DNA of 64,000 nt from an uncultured Actinomycetes bacterium. Its GTDB lineage: Bacteria > Actinomycetota > UBA4738 > JACQTL01. Below the pieces are notes generated by a model that saw only the letters and a program-made list of their open reading frames with translations, ran no database searches and was not told where the DNA came from. The first letter of the stretch is position 1. Each line of letters opens with the position of its first letter. The stretch is taken from positions 187,926-251,925 of the forward strand of contig CAVYXG010000007.1 of the NCBI GenBank assembly GCA_963772375.1. Reading direction: 5' to 3'. This document shows positions 36,587 through 46,162 of the stretch, piece after piece. The translations under genes and the position numbers were made by a program.

Positions 36587-38071
36587 ATGAAGTCTTTCGA
36601 GGAGATCATGAACATGTTGGAGGCTTACGACCTGACGGGCTCGTACCGCGCCGCTGCGGAGCTCGCCGGCGTCGACCATCACACCGTCGAACGCTATGTG
36701 GCGATGCGCGACGGGGGGCTGGCGCCCTCGGCCGGGATCGACCGCCCGATGCTCATCGACGCGTTCCTGACGAAGATCGAGGAGTGGGTGGACCGCTCCC
36801 ACGGCCGCATCCGGGCCGACCGTTGTCACGACAAGCTCTTGGCCCTCGGCTACCAGGGCTCGGAGCGGACGACGCGTCGGGCCGTGGCCGAGGCCAAGCA
36901 GCGGTGGCGGGACGGGCGTCTGCGGGTGTACCGCCCGTGGATCCCCGAGCCCGGGATGTGGTTCCAGTGGGACTAGGGGACGGGACCTGAGGTCCCCGAG
37001 GGACCGACGCAGCTGTGGTGCGCGTGGCTCGCGTGGTCGCGGTACCGCGTGGTGTTCCCGATCCTCGACAAGACCCTGCCGACGGTCGTGGCCTCGGTGG
37101 ACCGGACGGTGCGCGCGTTCGGGGGCGTCCCCACCTACGGGCTGACCGACAATGAGAAGACCGTCACGACCGGCCACATCGCCATGATCCCCGTCCGCCA
37201 CCCGGTGATCGTCGCCGCGGCACGACACTACGGGCTGACCATCGCGACGTGCGTGCCGGCGGACCCCGAGTCCAAGGGCGGATCGGAGGCCACCGTGCGC
37301 ATCGCCAAGGCCGACCTCGTCCCCACCGAGGCGAACCTGCTGCCCGCCTACGGCTCCTTCGCCGAGCTCGGGGCGGCATGCGAGGCGTTCTGCGAGCGGG
37401 TCAACGCCCGGCCCCACCGGGCCACGGGCCGACCTCCGGTCGAGCTGCTCGCCGAGGAACGCCGGCACCTGCACCCGGTGCCCGCCGAGCCGTACACCAC
37501 TGCGTTCGGCGAGACCCGGACCGTGGCGTCGAACGCGACGGTGTTGTTCCACAGCGTCCTGTACTCGGTGCCGTACTCGCTCATCGGCCGAAGGGTGTGG
37601 GTCCGCACCGAGGGCGACGAGGTCGTCGTGGTCGCCGTCGATGCGTCGCAAGGAGCACGCGAGGTCGCCCGCCACCGCCGCTCCACCCCGGGCCGGCCCA
37701 TGATCGACGACCGCCACTACCCCGAACGCTCGGCCGACCCGCTCGGGAGGACCCCGCGGCCTCGCACGCCCGAGGAGCAGGCCTTCCTCGCTCTCGGCGA
37801 CGGTGCCACCCAATGGCTCATCGAGGCGGCGTCGGTGGGGGCCTCCCGCATCCGGCACAAGATGGCCGAGGCTCTCGAGCTCGCCAAGCTGTACGGGCCC
37901 GCCGAGGTGGACCGCGCCCTGGGGGTGGCCGCGACGTGCGGACGGTTCTCAGACGGCGCCCTCGCCGCGATCCTGTCTCACGGTGGCGATGGGCAGGAGC
38001 CACGGTCGCAGGCCACCGACGCCCACAGCCTGCAGCGGGGCACGGGAGCGTGGGAGGGGTTCGGACGATGA
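36587..38071 (+). pseudogene. istA: IS21 transposase IstA with an in-frame TAG at 36974-36976
   Basis: ORFs 36587..36976 and 37049..38071 share a frame. Together they read ...PGMWFQWD*GTGPEVPEGPTQLWCAWLAWSRYRVVFP..., colinear with IstA, where the stop replaces an aromatic residue. Confidence 0.85.
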
Positions 38072-38953
38072 CCACCACCATGGACCCCTCGCCGCTCGAC
38101 GAAGTCGACGCCCATCTGCGGCGCCTGCGGCTGCCGTATCTCCGTCAGGCGGCCCGGGACGTCCTGGCCACGGCCAAGGCCCAGCGGTGGGACCCGGCCG
38201 AAGCCCTGCGGGTCCTGCTGGCAGAGGAGGTGGCCGGCCGGGACCGGGCCACGGTGGCCAACCACCGGCGGAGCGCGGGGTTCCCCTCCGGCAAGACGTT
38301 CGAGGCGTGGGACGAGCGAGCCTCCTCGATCCCGCTGCCGACGCAGCGCGCCCTGCGCACCCTCGAGTGGGTCGAGCGTCGGGAGAACCTCGCGCTGTGC
38401 GGTCCCTCGGGAACGGGCAAGTCGCACTTCCTGGAGGCGCTCGGCGGCTCCGCCGTGGAGCGGGGGATGCGGGTCAGCTGGTTCTCCCTGGAGACCCTCG
38501 CAGCCATCATCCGCCGCCACCGCGTCGACGACTCCGTCGCCAAGGCCGTCGCCCGGATCTGCCGGGCCGACCTCATCGTGGTGGACGACATCGGGATGCT
38601 CAGCGGAGGCAGCGGAGGCAGCGGAGGCAGCGGAGGCAGCGGAGGCAGCGGAGGCAGCGGAGGCAGCGGAGGCAGCGGAGGCAGCGGAGGCAGCGGAGGC
38701 AGCGGAGGCAGCGGAGGCAGCGGAGGCAGCGGAGGCGTTCTACCGCGTCGTGGACGCCGCGTACGAGCGGCGCTCGGTGGCAGTGTCGTCGAACCTGCAC
38801 CCCGCCGGCTTCGACGAGCTCATGCCCAAGACGCTGGCGACCGCCACGGTCGACCGACTCCTGCACCACGCCCACGCCGTGGTGACCGAGGGCGAGAAGA
38901 GCTTCCGCCTGGCAGAGGCGACGTCAGGCAAGGGGGTGGTGCCCCTGGGCTGA
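38068..38953 (+). pseudogene. istB: IS21 helper ATPase IstB, disrupted by a 9-bp repeat expansion and frame change
   Basis: ATG at 38068 overlaps the istA stop. Walker A is GPSGTGKSH, Walker B is LIVVDDIGML, followed by (SGG)15. The conserved C-terminus AEAFYRVVDAAYERRSVAVSSNLHPAGFDE...GKGVVPLG is in another frame and ends at 38953. Confidence 0.85.
38601..38735. repeat. perfect tandem repeat, 15 x CAGCGGAGG
   Basis: Counted directly from the sequence. No variant units. Confidence 0.95.
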
Positions 38954-38961
38954 GCAAGGCA

Positions 38962-39058
38962 AGTGGGGACTTTTCTTGGCCATCAGTGGGGAGAGATGCT
39001 GGCCATCAGCGGGGAGATTTCGTGGCCGCGTACGGGGAGTTTCCCGTGGCCCTTGACA
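38962..39058. repeat. IS21 right terminal multi-repeat region
   Basis: GTGGGGACTTTTCTTGGCC, GTGGGGAGAGATGCTGGCC, GCGGGGAGATTTCGTGGCC, GGGGAGTTTCCCGTGGCC: an inverted version of the left-end repeats. Confidence 0.75.
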
Positions 39059-39152
39059 CCCTTCTTCTTGCGCGCCCTCCACTCGACGCAGCAAGACGTG
39101 ACTCCGGCGCGTCCTTCATGTGTTGACCCGAGGGTGATGATTGGAAGCTCAG

Positions 39153-39656
39153 ATGAGTACCGACGTGGCGCATGGTCGCCTGGGCGAGCTGTACGTTCGC
39201 CACGGGCCCGACGCCGTGCGCCTCGCCTACCTGCTCGTCGGGGACCGAGCGGCGGCAGAAGACCTCGTACATGACGCATTCGTGCGGGTGATCCGAAGGC
39301 TCGGCCATATCCGCGAACCCGACGCCTTCGGCGCCTACCTGCGCCGAACCGTCGTGAACCTGTCCAAGAGCTACTTCCGCCACCAGGCCGTAGAGAGGGC
39401 GGCGCAGCGTTGGACGTCGCATGAGGTCGAGCCCGATCCCGGATCAACACTTGAACGTCGGGACATGCTGTGGACTGGGCTGCTGTCTCTTCCGGAGCGG
39501 CAGCGAACTGCCCTGGTCCTGCGGTTCTACGAGGATCTTCCTGAGTCGCAAATTGCGGAAGTGATGGGGTGCCGTCCAGGGACGGCTCGATCGCTCGTAT
39601 CCAGAGGTCTGGGAACGCTTCGACAGCGACTGCGAGGTGAACTGGGTGTCCACTGA
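39153..39656 (+). CDS. ECF-type RNA polymerase sigma factor
   Basis: Region 2 (LYVRHGPDAVRLAYLLVGDRAAAEDLVHDAFVRV) and region 4 (LPERQRTALVLRFYEDLPESQIAEVMGCRPGTARSLVSRGL). The start could also be TTG at 39141. Confidence 0.85.
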   Translation: MSTDVAHGRLGELYVRHGPDAVRLAYLLVGDRAAAEDLVHDAFVRVIRRLGHIREPDAFGAYLRRTVVNLSKSYFRHQAVERAAQRWTSHEVEPDPGSTLERRDMLWTGLLSLPERQRTALVLRFYEDLPESQIAEVMGCRPGTARSLVSRGLGTLRQRLRGELGVH

Positions 39657-39657
39657 C

Positions 39658-40287
39658 ATGGACGATCTCGAACAAGAGATTCGCGATCTCCTCGATCAGC
39701 GCTCCTCGGCCTTGCCGGTCGGGCTCGACACCGAACGAACGGTCCGCCGGGCGCGTCGCGGGCTCATGGCGACCGCGGCTGGAGGCGTCCTCGTCGTGGT
39801 CGTGCTCCTGTTCGGGGCAATCGCAGCCTTCCAGAGCTTGAACGATCGACCGGCACCCGTGCCGGTGCACACGCCGACCGGCCACGGCCGAGTCCCAGAT
39901 GCACTCGGACTAACGCTCGACCGGGCACTCGAAGCAATTGAGGCGAACGGATTCACGGCCATCATCGATGGTCGGGTCAACTCAACGTTGCCTGCCAACG
40001 ACGTGGCCGAACAGAGTCCGGCACCGAGCTCGACGGCCAAGTTGGGCACGATGATCCACCTGTACCTGTCGACGGGGACTACATCCCTATTCGTTGTCCC
40101 CAATGTCGTCGATCTCACTGAAGCCGCCGCAGTCAGGAAGCTTGCCACCGCGGGATTCCCACAAGTCCATCTGGTCGGACCAGCTCAGGCGGCCCATTCT
40201 GGCCGTGGGGTGATAGTCGTCGCACAGTCGCCCAAGGGGCGGGCGCCCTTGGGCTCAGTGATCACACTTCGGCTTCGCCGCCGGTGA
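39658..40287 (+). CDS. single-pass membrane protein with two extracytoplasmic PASTA domains; anti-sigma-like by position
   Basis: ATG lies 1 nt after the sigma stop. TM helix AAGGVLVVVVLLFGAIAAF. PASTA-like units VPDALGLTLDRALEAIEANGFTAIIDGRV...VAEQSPAPSSTAKLGTMIHLYLS and VPNVVDLTEAAAVRKLATAGF...VVAQSPKGRAPLGSVITLRL. Confidence 0.75.
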   Translation: MDDLEQEIRDLLDQRSSALPVGLDTERTVRRARRGLMATAAGGVLVVVVLLFGAIAAFQSLNDRPAPVPVHTPTGHGRVPDALGLTLDRALEAIEANGFTAIIDGRVNSTLPANDVAEQSPAPSSTAKLGTMIHLYLSTGTTSLFVVPNVVDLTEAAAVRKLATAGFPQVHLVGPAQAAHSGRGVIVVAQSPKGRAPLGSVITLRLRRR

Positions 40288-40698
40288 GCGGACAGGTTCC
40301 GATTCGCCTCGCCGCTTCGGTCCTTCAATCCGGTAAGGCGGAGGGAGAAAGGGGATAGGGCCGCGGGAACGTCACCCCCCGGCAGCGAGGACAGCTGAAA
40401 TCCAGGGTTTCCTCAGGTTCGCCGAGAGACCTCGAAGATCAGAATGCGCTCATCTTGCAGACGGCGATTGCGCAGAAGGAGTCATCATGCGAGCCACAGA
40501 CCCTCACAGGGCCGCAGGGGCGGCTCTGGCTGACCCCTCCTTCCCGCATTCGCCTGGTGCTTTTCGAAGCGCGGTGGTTGACTCCCACAATGTGGAGGCT
40601 GCAGCACTTCCGGCGGTCAAGGTGAAGCCATCGCCAGGTCGGGACGAGCCGCACTGCGCCGACTGGCCCCGGTTTGGGTTTGTTGGGGGCCGTCTGAT

Positions 40699-42669
40699 AT
40701 GAGGCGCACAGGCTTGGCCATCGCCACCGTAGCGGTCCTGGCCGCTGCATGCACATCCGGCGGGCCAGAGTCGTCGAGTCCATCCTCGACAGTCTCGAGT
40801 CCGCGCGAACTTGGCGGAACGCTGCGGACGGCGATCCTGACGAGGCTACCCACAACGCTCGATCCCCAACTCTTCGCTACTCCGATCGCAGGCGAGCTGT
40901 TTCGGTGCTGTCTGCTGCGTACGCTCATGTCATTCAACGGCCGACCCACGGACGAGGGGGGATCGCAGATCCGGCCGGACCTCGCCGTCGGGCCGCCCAA
41001 GGTCTCCAGCGACGGGATGACGTGGATCTTCCAGCTCAAGCGAGGGATCCACTACGGGCCACCCCTAAATAACGTCGAGGTCACCACGCGGGACATCGTT
41101 CGGGCGCTCGAGCGGGAGGGGAGGGTGAAGGGCTCATACTGGGTCCTCTACTTCTCGGTGATCCAGGGATTCGACGCTTTCGCCGCCGGGCGCGCCGAGA
41201 ACATCTCGGGCTTGCAGACGCCAGATCGCCACACGCTGATCGTCCAAACCACAACGCCAACCGGCGACCTCGGGTACCGCTTGGCCCTCCCCCCGGCCGC
41301 GCCCATCCCGCCGAATCCTTTCCATCCGGACGCTCGATTGGGGGTTGCGCAAAGTCACCAAGACGATGGACCGTTTTTGGTCTCCACCGGGCCGTACATG
41401 CTCAAGGGCTCGGGACAACTCGATTTCTCCAAGGCGGCCGACCAGCAATCGCCCGCCGCGGGCTTCGTTCCCTTTAGGCAAACCGCGACGCGGTTCTTCC
41501 AGGGAAGGATCACGCTTGTGCGGAACCCTTCCTGGGATCGCTCGACCGATCAGCTTCGAGCAGCCTACGCCGATCAGATCGACGTTTCGGTGGGTGGGTA
41601 CAACAACACGAGCCCCAGTTATGCCGATTTCGTCTCGCACTATCCGGCCGAGAAGCGCCGTTTGTTCGAGGAAGTGGCTCGGGGGAAGCTCGATCTGATC
41701 CTCGATGCCAGCCCTTCGTTCAGACAGCAAGCGCAATTCAAGAAGGACGCTCGGCTCGCCAAGCAACTTTCGGGGGGGAACGACTACTCCCTCGTCGACT
41801 ACATCGAGCTGAACCTCGCCGTGCCACCGTTCGACGACGTCCACGTGCGAAGGGCCGTCAACCTGGCCGTCGACCGGACCACGATCCGGAACCGGTGGGT
41901 GAGTGAGACAACGGACCAACCCATCGTCGAGGGGTCCGGAGGGGCACGGGTGGCCACCCATCTCGCCCCGGACGCCGCCGAGGACAACCTCCTCATCAAC
42001 TACCAGCCGAGCTGGATGCCGTCCGCCTCCGGATTCGACCTTGCCGCGGCGAAGGCACAGATGCGGATGTCGAAGTACGACTCCAACCGTGACGGCATCT
42101 GTGATGCGCGAGTTTGCAAGCACGTGAGCTTGATCGAGACCGATCAGTGGCCCACCTCGTTCGACCCCGTCGTGATCGGCGACCTGCGCAGGCTCGGGAT
42201 CGAGGTCCAATCGCATCGACTCGACCCTTCCCACTTGGCCGCCGCAAGCAGCCCCGACGCCAGATCGGCCATGTTCGCGATCAACTGGTTCATCGACTAC
42301 CCGAACGGTTCGGGCTTCTTCCCCGACCTGTTCGCCTCGAAGAACCTCGGGTCCTTTGACTTCTCGATGCTCGGGGCGACTCCCCGGCAGCTCCGCGGGT
42401 GGGGGTACTCGGTGAGGGAGGTCCGGAACGCCGATAGTCGAATCACCGACTGCGCAGCACGAACTGGGAGCGACCAGATCGACTGCTGGGCGACCGTGGA
42501 CCGCTACCTGATGGAGCAGGTCGTGCCCTGGATTCCGATCATGTCCCAGACCGCGACCAGGCTGACGTCACCGCGAGTCGCGAGTTTCTCGTGGGATCAA
42601 GCCAATGCGTCACCTGCGCTCGACCGAATCGCCCTGACGCCGGCAGCGATCAGGGCCGACAGATCGTAG
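40699..42669 (+). CDS. ABC transporter substrate-binding lipoprotein, family 5 (peptide/nickel type), orphan
   Basis: Lipobox VAVLAAAC. 656 aa with family-5 features (IRPDLAVGPPKVSSDGMTWIFQLKRGIHY, NLAVPPFDDVHVRRAVNLAVDR). No permease or ATPase genes nearby. Confidence 0.75.
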   Translation: MRRTGLAIATVAVLAAACTSGGPESSSPSSTVSSPRELGGTLRTAILTRLPTTLDPQLFATPIAGELFRCCLLRTLMSFNGRPTDEGGSQIRPDLAVGPPKVSSDGMTWIFQLKRGIHYGPPLNNVEVTTRDIVRALEREGRVKGSYWVLYFSVIQGFDAFAAGRAENISGLQTPDRHTLIVQTTTPTGDLGYRLALPPAAPIPPNPFHPDARLGVAQSHQDDGPFLVSTGPYMLKGSGQLDFSKAADQQSPAAGFVPFRQTATRFFQGRITLVRNPSWDRSTDQLRAAYADQIDVSVGGYNNTSPSYADFVSHYPAEKRRLFEEVARGKLDLILDASPSFRQQAQFKKDARLAKQLSGGNDYSLVDYIELNLAVPPFDDVHVRRAVNLAVDRTTIRNRWVSETTDQPIVEGSGGARVATHLAPDAAEDNLLINYQPSWMPSASGFDLAAAKAQMRMSKYDSNRDGICDARVCKHVSLIETDQWPTSFDPVVIGDLRRLGIEVQSHRLDPSHLAAASSPDARSAMFAINWFIDYPNGSGFFPDLFASKNLGSFDFSMLGATPRQLRGWGYSVREVRNADSRITDCAARTGSDQIDCWATVDRYLMEQVVPWIPIMSQTATRLTSPRVASFSWDQANASPALDRIALTPAAIRADRS

Positions 42670-42720
42670 CGCCTCAGCGTCAGGTCTCGCCCACCAGCTT
42701 GCCCGGGTCCGTCTGGCGGC

Positions 42721-44586
42721 TCACTCCGGCGAGACCGTGACCCAGATCCTCCCGTCGACGAGGGCCAAGCCCTGGGGACTGCCATGCACGTTGATCTTGG
42801 ACACGGGCTCGTGAGTTTCGGGCTCGATGCGCCACACCTGGCCGGCCCGGCTGCACGCCACCCACACGCCGGAGGCCGTGGCCAGGATCGCGGTGGGGCC
42901 GGCTCCGACCTGGAAGCTCCGGGTGACCCCGTTCGTGCTCGGGTCGATCTCGGTGACAGTGCTTGCCTGCTGGCTGGTCACCCACACCGCGCCTGCGCCA
43001 ACCGCGATCGCGGTCGGCTGATCGTTGCCGACCGGGATGTTGTTGGCTACCAGCTTGCCGGTGTGGGGGGCGATGCGGGCGACGTATGTGATGAGGCTCT
43101 CCGCAACCCAGATGCCGTCCTTGCTCCAGGCGATCCCTCCTGGTCCCGGATCGGAGGTTGACTTGCTCTTCAAGTTGATGGTGGCCTGCACCTGCTTTGT
43201 GGAAGGATCGATCTTGTACACAGCGCCGCTATCGTTGCCCGTGACCCACACGAAACCCGATCCGATGGCGATCCCCGATGGACCCGCGACGCCGGGCACC
43301 CTCGCCGTGATCTGGTGCTGCTTAGGATCGAACACCGACACCGTGTCGGTGCCCCCGAAACCATTGGCGATCCACACCGCTCCCTCACCGGCCGCGATCG
43401 CCGTTGGAGCCCCAGCACCGGCGCTGTAGCCGGGCGATGCGCGGCGAGTCACCGGGTCGATCCCGGTCACGGTGCGGAGGCCGAAGTTGGCCACCCACAC
43501 CTCTCCGGTTGTTGGATCGTAGGAGATGCCCTTGGGCTCGGCCCCCTGCCCGAGGCCCAGGCCGTCCACGATCGTGTTGGTGGCCGGGTCGATCACGGCC
43601 ACGGTGTTCGGGCCCGGTACGAAGGGGGGGTTCGAGGGGCTCCCGCCCGCGAACAGGATCACCAACGCCACCGCGATGGCCATCGCCGCTACCGCGCCTG
43701 CGACCCACGGCCAGACTCGGCGACGAGGGCGGGTCAGCGCCACCTCGCCGGTGGCCGGACCCAGTTCCCGGCGGAGCGCAGCGGCCAGTTCCCCAGCGCT
43801 CGCATAGCGACGGTCCGCCCGTTTGGCCATGGCTTTGGCCAGGACCTCGTCGACCGCTGCGGGCAGGTCCGGCCGCGCTGCCCTGGCCTTCGGCGGGGGG
43901 TCCTGTACGTGGGCGTACAGCACGGCCACCTCAGCTTCCCGGTGGAACGGCGGCCCCCCGGTCAGGCATTCGTAGGTCACGCACCCCAGGGAGTAGACGT
44001 CGGCCCGGCCGTCGACCGGTTCGCCTTTGATCTGCTCCGGGGCCGCGTAGTCCACCGTGCCGAGGAAGTCCCCGGTCTTGGTGAACTCAGTGCCGGCCTC
44101 CCTACGCTTCGTGATCCCGAAGTCGGTGAGATAGGCGTGGTCAGACTTGGTCAGCAGGACGTTGCCAGGCTTCACATCACGGTGGACCAGTCCGATCTCA
44201 TGGGCGGCGTCCAACGCGGAGGCCACCTGTTCGATGATGTGAACCGTTCTGTCAGCCGCCAGGGCACCGAACTCCTGAACGAGGTGGGCGAGGTCGGTTC
44301 CATCCACGTACCTCATGGCTATCCACAGGACCCCATCGGACTCCCCCGCCCCGTAGATGGGGATAACGTTGGGGTGGTCGAGGGACGCAGCCGCGTTGGA
44401 CTCCCGGATGAACCGTTCCCGGAACCCTGGCTCGTCCACGAGCTCGGGAGCCAGGAGCTTGAAAGCCACCTTCCGAGCAGGGAAGGCCTGGGTGGCCAGG
44501 TACACCACACTCATGCCGCCCCGGCCGAGCAGGGACTCGATGGTGAAGCCGGCGATCTCCTGACCGATGCGGCTGTCCTGGCTCAT
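42721..44586 (-). CDS. Ser/Thr protein kinase with extracellular YVTN/YncE-like beta-propeller
   Basis: ATG at 44586. GRGGMSVVYLA, VAFKLL, HRDVKPGNVLL, DFGITK, GTVDYAAPE. TM helix WVAGAVAAMAIAVALVILFAGG. Repeats P.GIA...G.VWV.....V..IDP.T..V. Confidence 0.9.
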   Translation of the reverse strand: MSQDSRIGQEIAGFTIESLLGRGGMSVVYLATQAFPARKVAFKLLAPELVDEPGFRERFIRESNAAASLDHPNVIPIYGAGESDGVLWIAMRYVDGTDLAHLVQEFGALAADRTVHIIEQVASALDAAHEIGLVHRDVKPGNVLLTKSDHAYLTDFGITKRREAGTEFTKTGDFLGTVDYAAPEQIKGEPVDGRADVYSLGCVTYECLTGGPPFHREAEVAVLYAHVQDPPPKARAARPDLPAAVDEVLAKAMAKRADRRYASAGELAAALRRELGPATGEVALTRPRRRVWPWVAGAVAAMAIAVALVILFAGGSPSNPPFVPGPNTVAVIDPATNTIVDGLGLGQGAEPKGISYDPTTGEVWVANFGLRTVTGIDPVTRRASPGYSAGAGAPTAIAAGEGAVWIANGFGGTDTVSVFDPKQHQITARVPGVAGPSGIAIGSGFVWVTGNDSGAVYKIDPSTKQVQATINLKSKSTSDPGPGGIAWSKDGIWVAESLITYVARIAPHTGKLVANNIPVGNDQPTAIAVGAGAVWVTSQQASTVTEIDPSTNGVTRSFQVGAGPTAILATASGVWVACSRAGQVWRIEPETHEPVSKINVHGSPQGLALVDGRIWVTVSPE

Positions 44587-44755
44587 GTCCCTCCGTCCCG
44601 GAGCGCTTGTACTCCCCAGCGGAGAGGGACGCAAGATCAAAGCAGAGCGCGAATCAGGCCTCCATCGAGCCCGCGGGCCGATCCTATGTACCGGTCTTCT
44701 CTTGGAGAGTTGAGTCAACCGGACACAGGCGCGGACATGTTGAGTGCGCGAGGAA

Positions 44756-46147
44756 CTACTTGTAGCGGGCGACGGCGAACAGTCCTTCCCACCTTCGGAT
44801 GATCGAGCCTCCAACAACGATCCTGCCGTCTGACTGCATCGCGACGGCATCGGCGATGCCTCGCCAAGGGGTGAAGAAGCCGGTTTCACCACGGGTGCCG
44901 AAAGCAGGATCAAGCCTGCCGTCGGCGAGATAGCGCCCCGCATACCCCTCCGACGCCACCACGATCTTCCCGTCGGGCTGGATGACGAGGTCGGCGCCAT
45001 ACGCATCACCCCCGAGGTCGCCGGCGACCTTGCCCCTGCGCCCGAAGGTTCGATCGAGTGATCCGTTGGGGTGGTATCGAACGAGACCGAGCGTGGTGTC
45101 CTCGAGGTCACCCATCTTGTAGGTGCCGGCGACCACGATCTTGCCGTCGGGCTGGACGGCCACCGCGTCCCCGTTGCCTTCACCGGTGCCCCCGATGTGC
45201 GGAATCACCCCGGAGCGGGTGATGACCCACCCGTCCGTGCCGAACGATCGATCCAGCCGGCCGTGAGGCAGGTATCGGGCCACCCACATCGCGGAGGTGT
45301 GCCCCCGAAAGACGGTTCCCACGACCAAGATCCTTCCGTCGGGCTGGATGGTCACCCCGCCGGATTCGTCGGATGCGGTGCCCACATGGGTGATCACCTT
45401 CCCGTCGCCGCCGAAGGAGCGATCGAGCCCCCCGTGGGAGAGATAGCGAACGACGGCGATCACCGAGCGTCCATGGCGCGGCTGAACGGTCCCCGCGACG
45501 ACGATCCTGCCATCGGGGTCGATGGCAACGCCGCTCCCCGAAGAAATGCCGGAACCGACGCGCGTCACGGCTCTGCCGTCCGCGCTGAACGTGGGATCGA
45601 GCGCTCCGTTGTCCAGGTACCGCGCCACGGCGAACCCGCTTGGCCCACCCGGCGTCGCCGCTCCGCCGGCGACCACGATTCTGCCGTCGCGCTGGATGGC
45701 GAGGCCGCCACCGAAGCCGCCGCCCCTGATCCAGAGGCGGGTGCTCACTCGTCCGTCTCCGCCGAACGACGGGTCCAGGTGCCCGTCGGGGAGGTAGCGG
45801 GCCAGGGCCGCCCTGGGTGAGCGATCGCCGTGCCATGAGGTCCCCAGCACGACGATCCTCCCGTCGGCCTGGATCGCGAGGTCCGCACCGGCTGCGGATC
45901 TCGACGGGAACCCCGTGGTCACCCGCCCGTCGCCTCCGAAGCTGGGGTCGAGCACTCCATCCCTCATCCGCAAGGCTGCCTTCCGGGCGGCGCGGAAGTC
46001 TTGGGCGGCGGCGGTGTTCATGCCCGCCCTGGCGGACGCTCGATGGAAGGAGGCGGGGAGACCACATCCAACCGCGGGAATGGCCGTCATCGAAAGCAGG
46101 ACCGAGGCGAAGGGAATCCACAGCCACTTCGATCGACCCGATCCCAT
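44756..46147 (-). CDS. secreted delta-60-repeat protein
   Basis: Signal-like KWLWIPFASVLLSMTAIPAVG. About 8 repeats (LDPSFGGDGRVTT...AIQADGRIVVLG etc.). Confidence 0.85.
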   Translation of the reverse strand: MGSGRSKWLWIPFASVLLSMTAIPAVGCGLPASFHRASARAGMNTAAAQDFRAARKAALRMRDGVLDPSFGGDGRVTTGFPSRSAAGADLAIQADGRIVVLGTSWHGDRSPRAALARYLPDGHLDPSFGGDGRVSTRLWIRGGGFGGGLAIQRDGRIVVAGGAATPGGPSGFAVARYLDNGALDPTFSADGRAVTRVGSGISSGSGVAIDPDGRIVVAGTVQPRHGRSVIAVVRYLSHGGLDRSFGGDGKVITHVGTASDESGGVTIQPDGRILVVGTVFRGHTSAMWVARYLPHGRLDRSFGTDGWVITRSGVIPHIGGTGEGNGDAVAVQPDGKIVVAGTYKMGDLEDTTLGLVRYHPNGSLDRTFGRRGKVAGDLGGDAYGADLVIQPDGKIVVASEGYAGRYLADGRLDPAFGTRGETGFFTPWRGIADAVAMQSDGRIVVGGSIIRRWEGLFAVARYK

Positions 46148-46162
46148 GAGATCCTCCTCGAC

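Larger units (their letters stand above)
36392..39058 (+). mobile_element. IS21-family insertion sequence, inactivated
   Basis: istA-istB pair. Both ends start TGTC (TGTCGGCGGCCGTGAG / reverse complement TGTCAAGGGCCACGGG) and carry four about 23-bp repeats GGCCRNGRRAWNTCCCC. No flanking direct repeat was seen. Confidence 0.8.

Noticed and set aside
38601-38735. Could the 15 x 9-bp array be a CRISPR or a genuine (GGS)n flexible linker?
   Set aside because: The units are contiguous with no spacers, and 9 bp is far too short for CRISPR repeats. As a linker it fails, because the conserved IstB C-terminus that follows is in a different frame.
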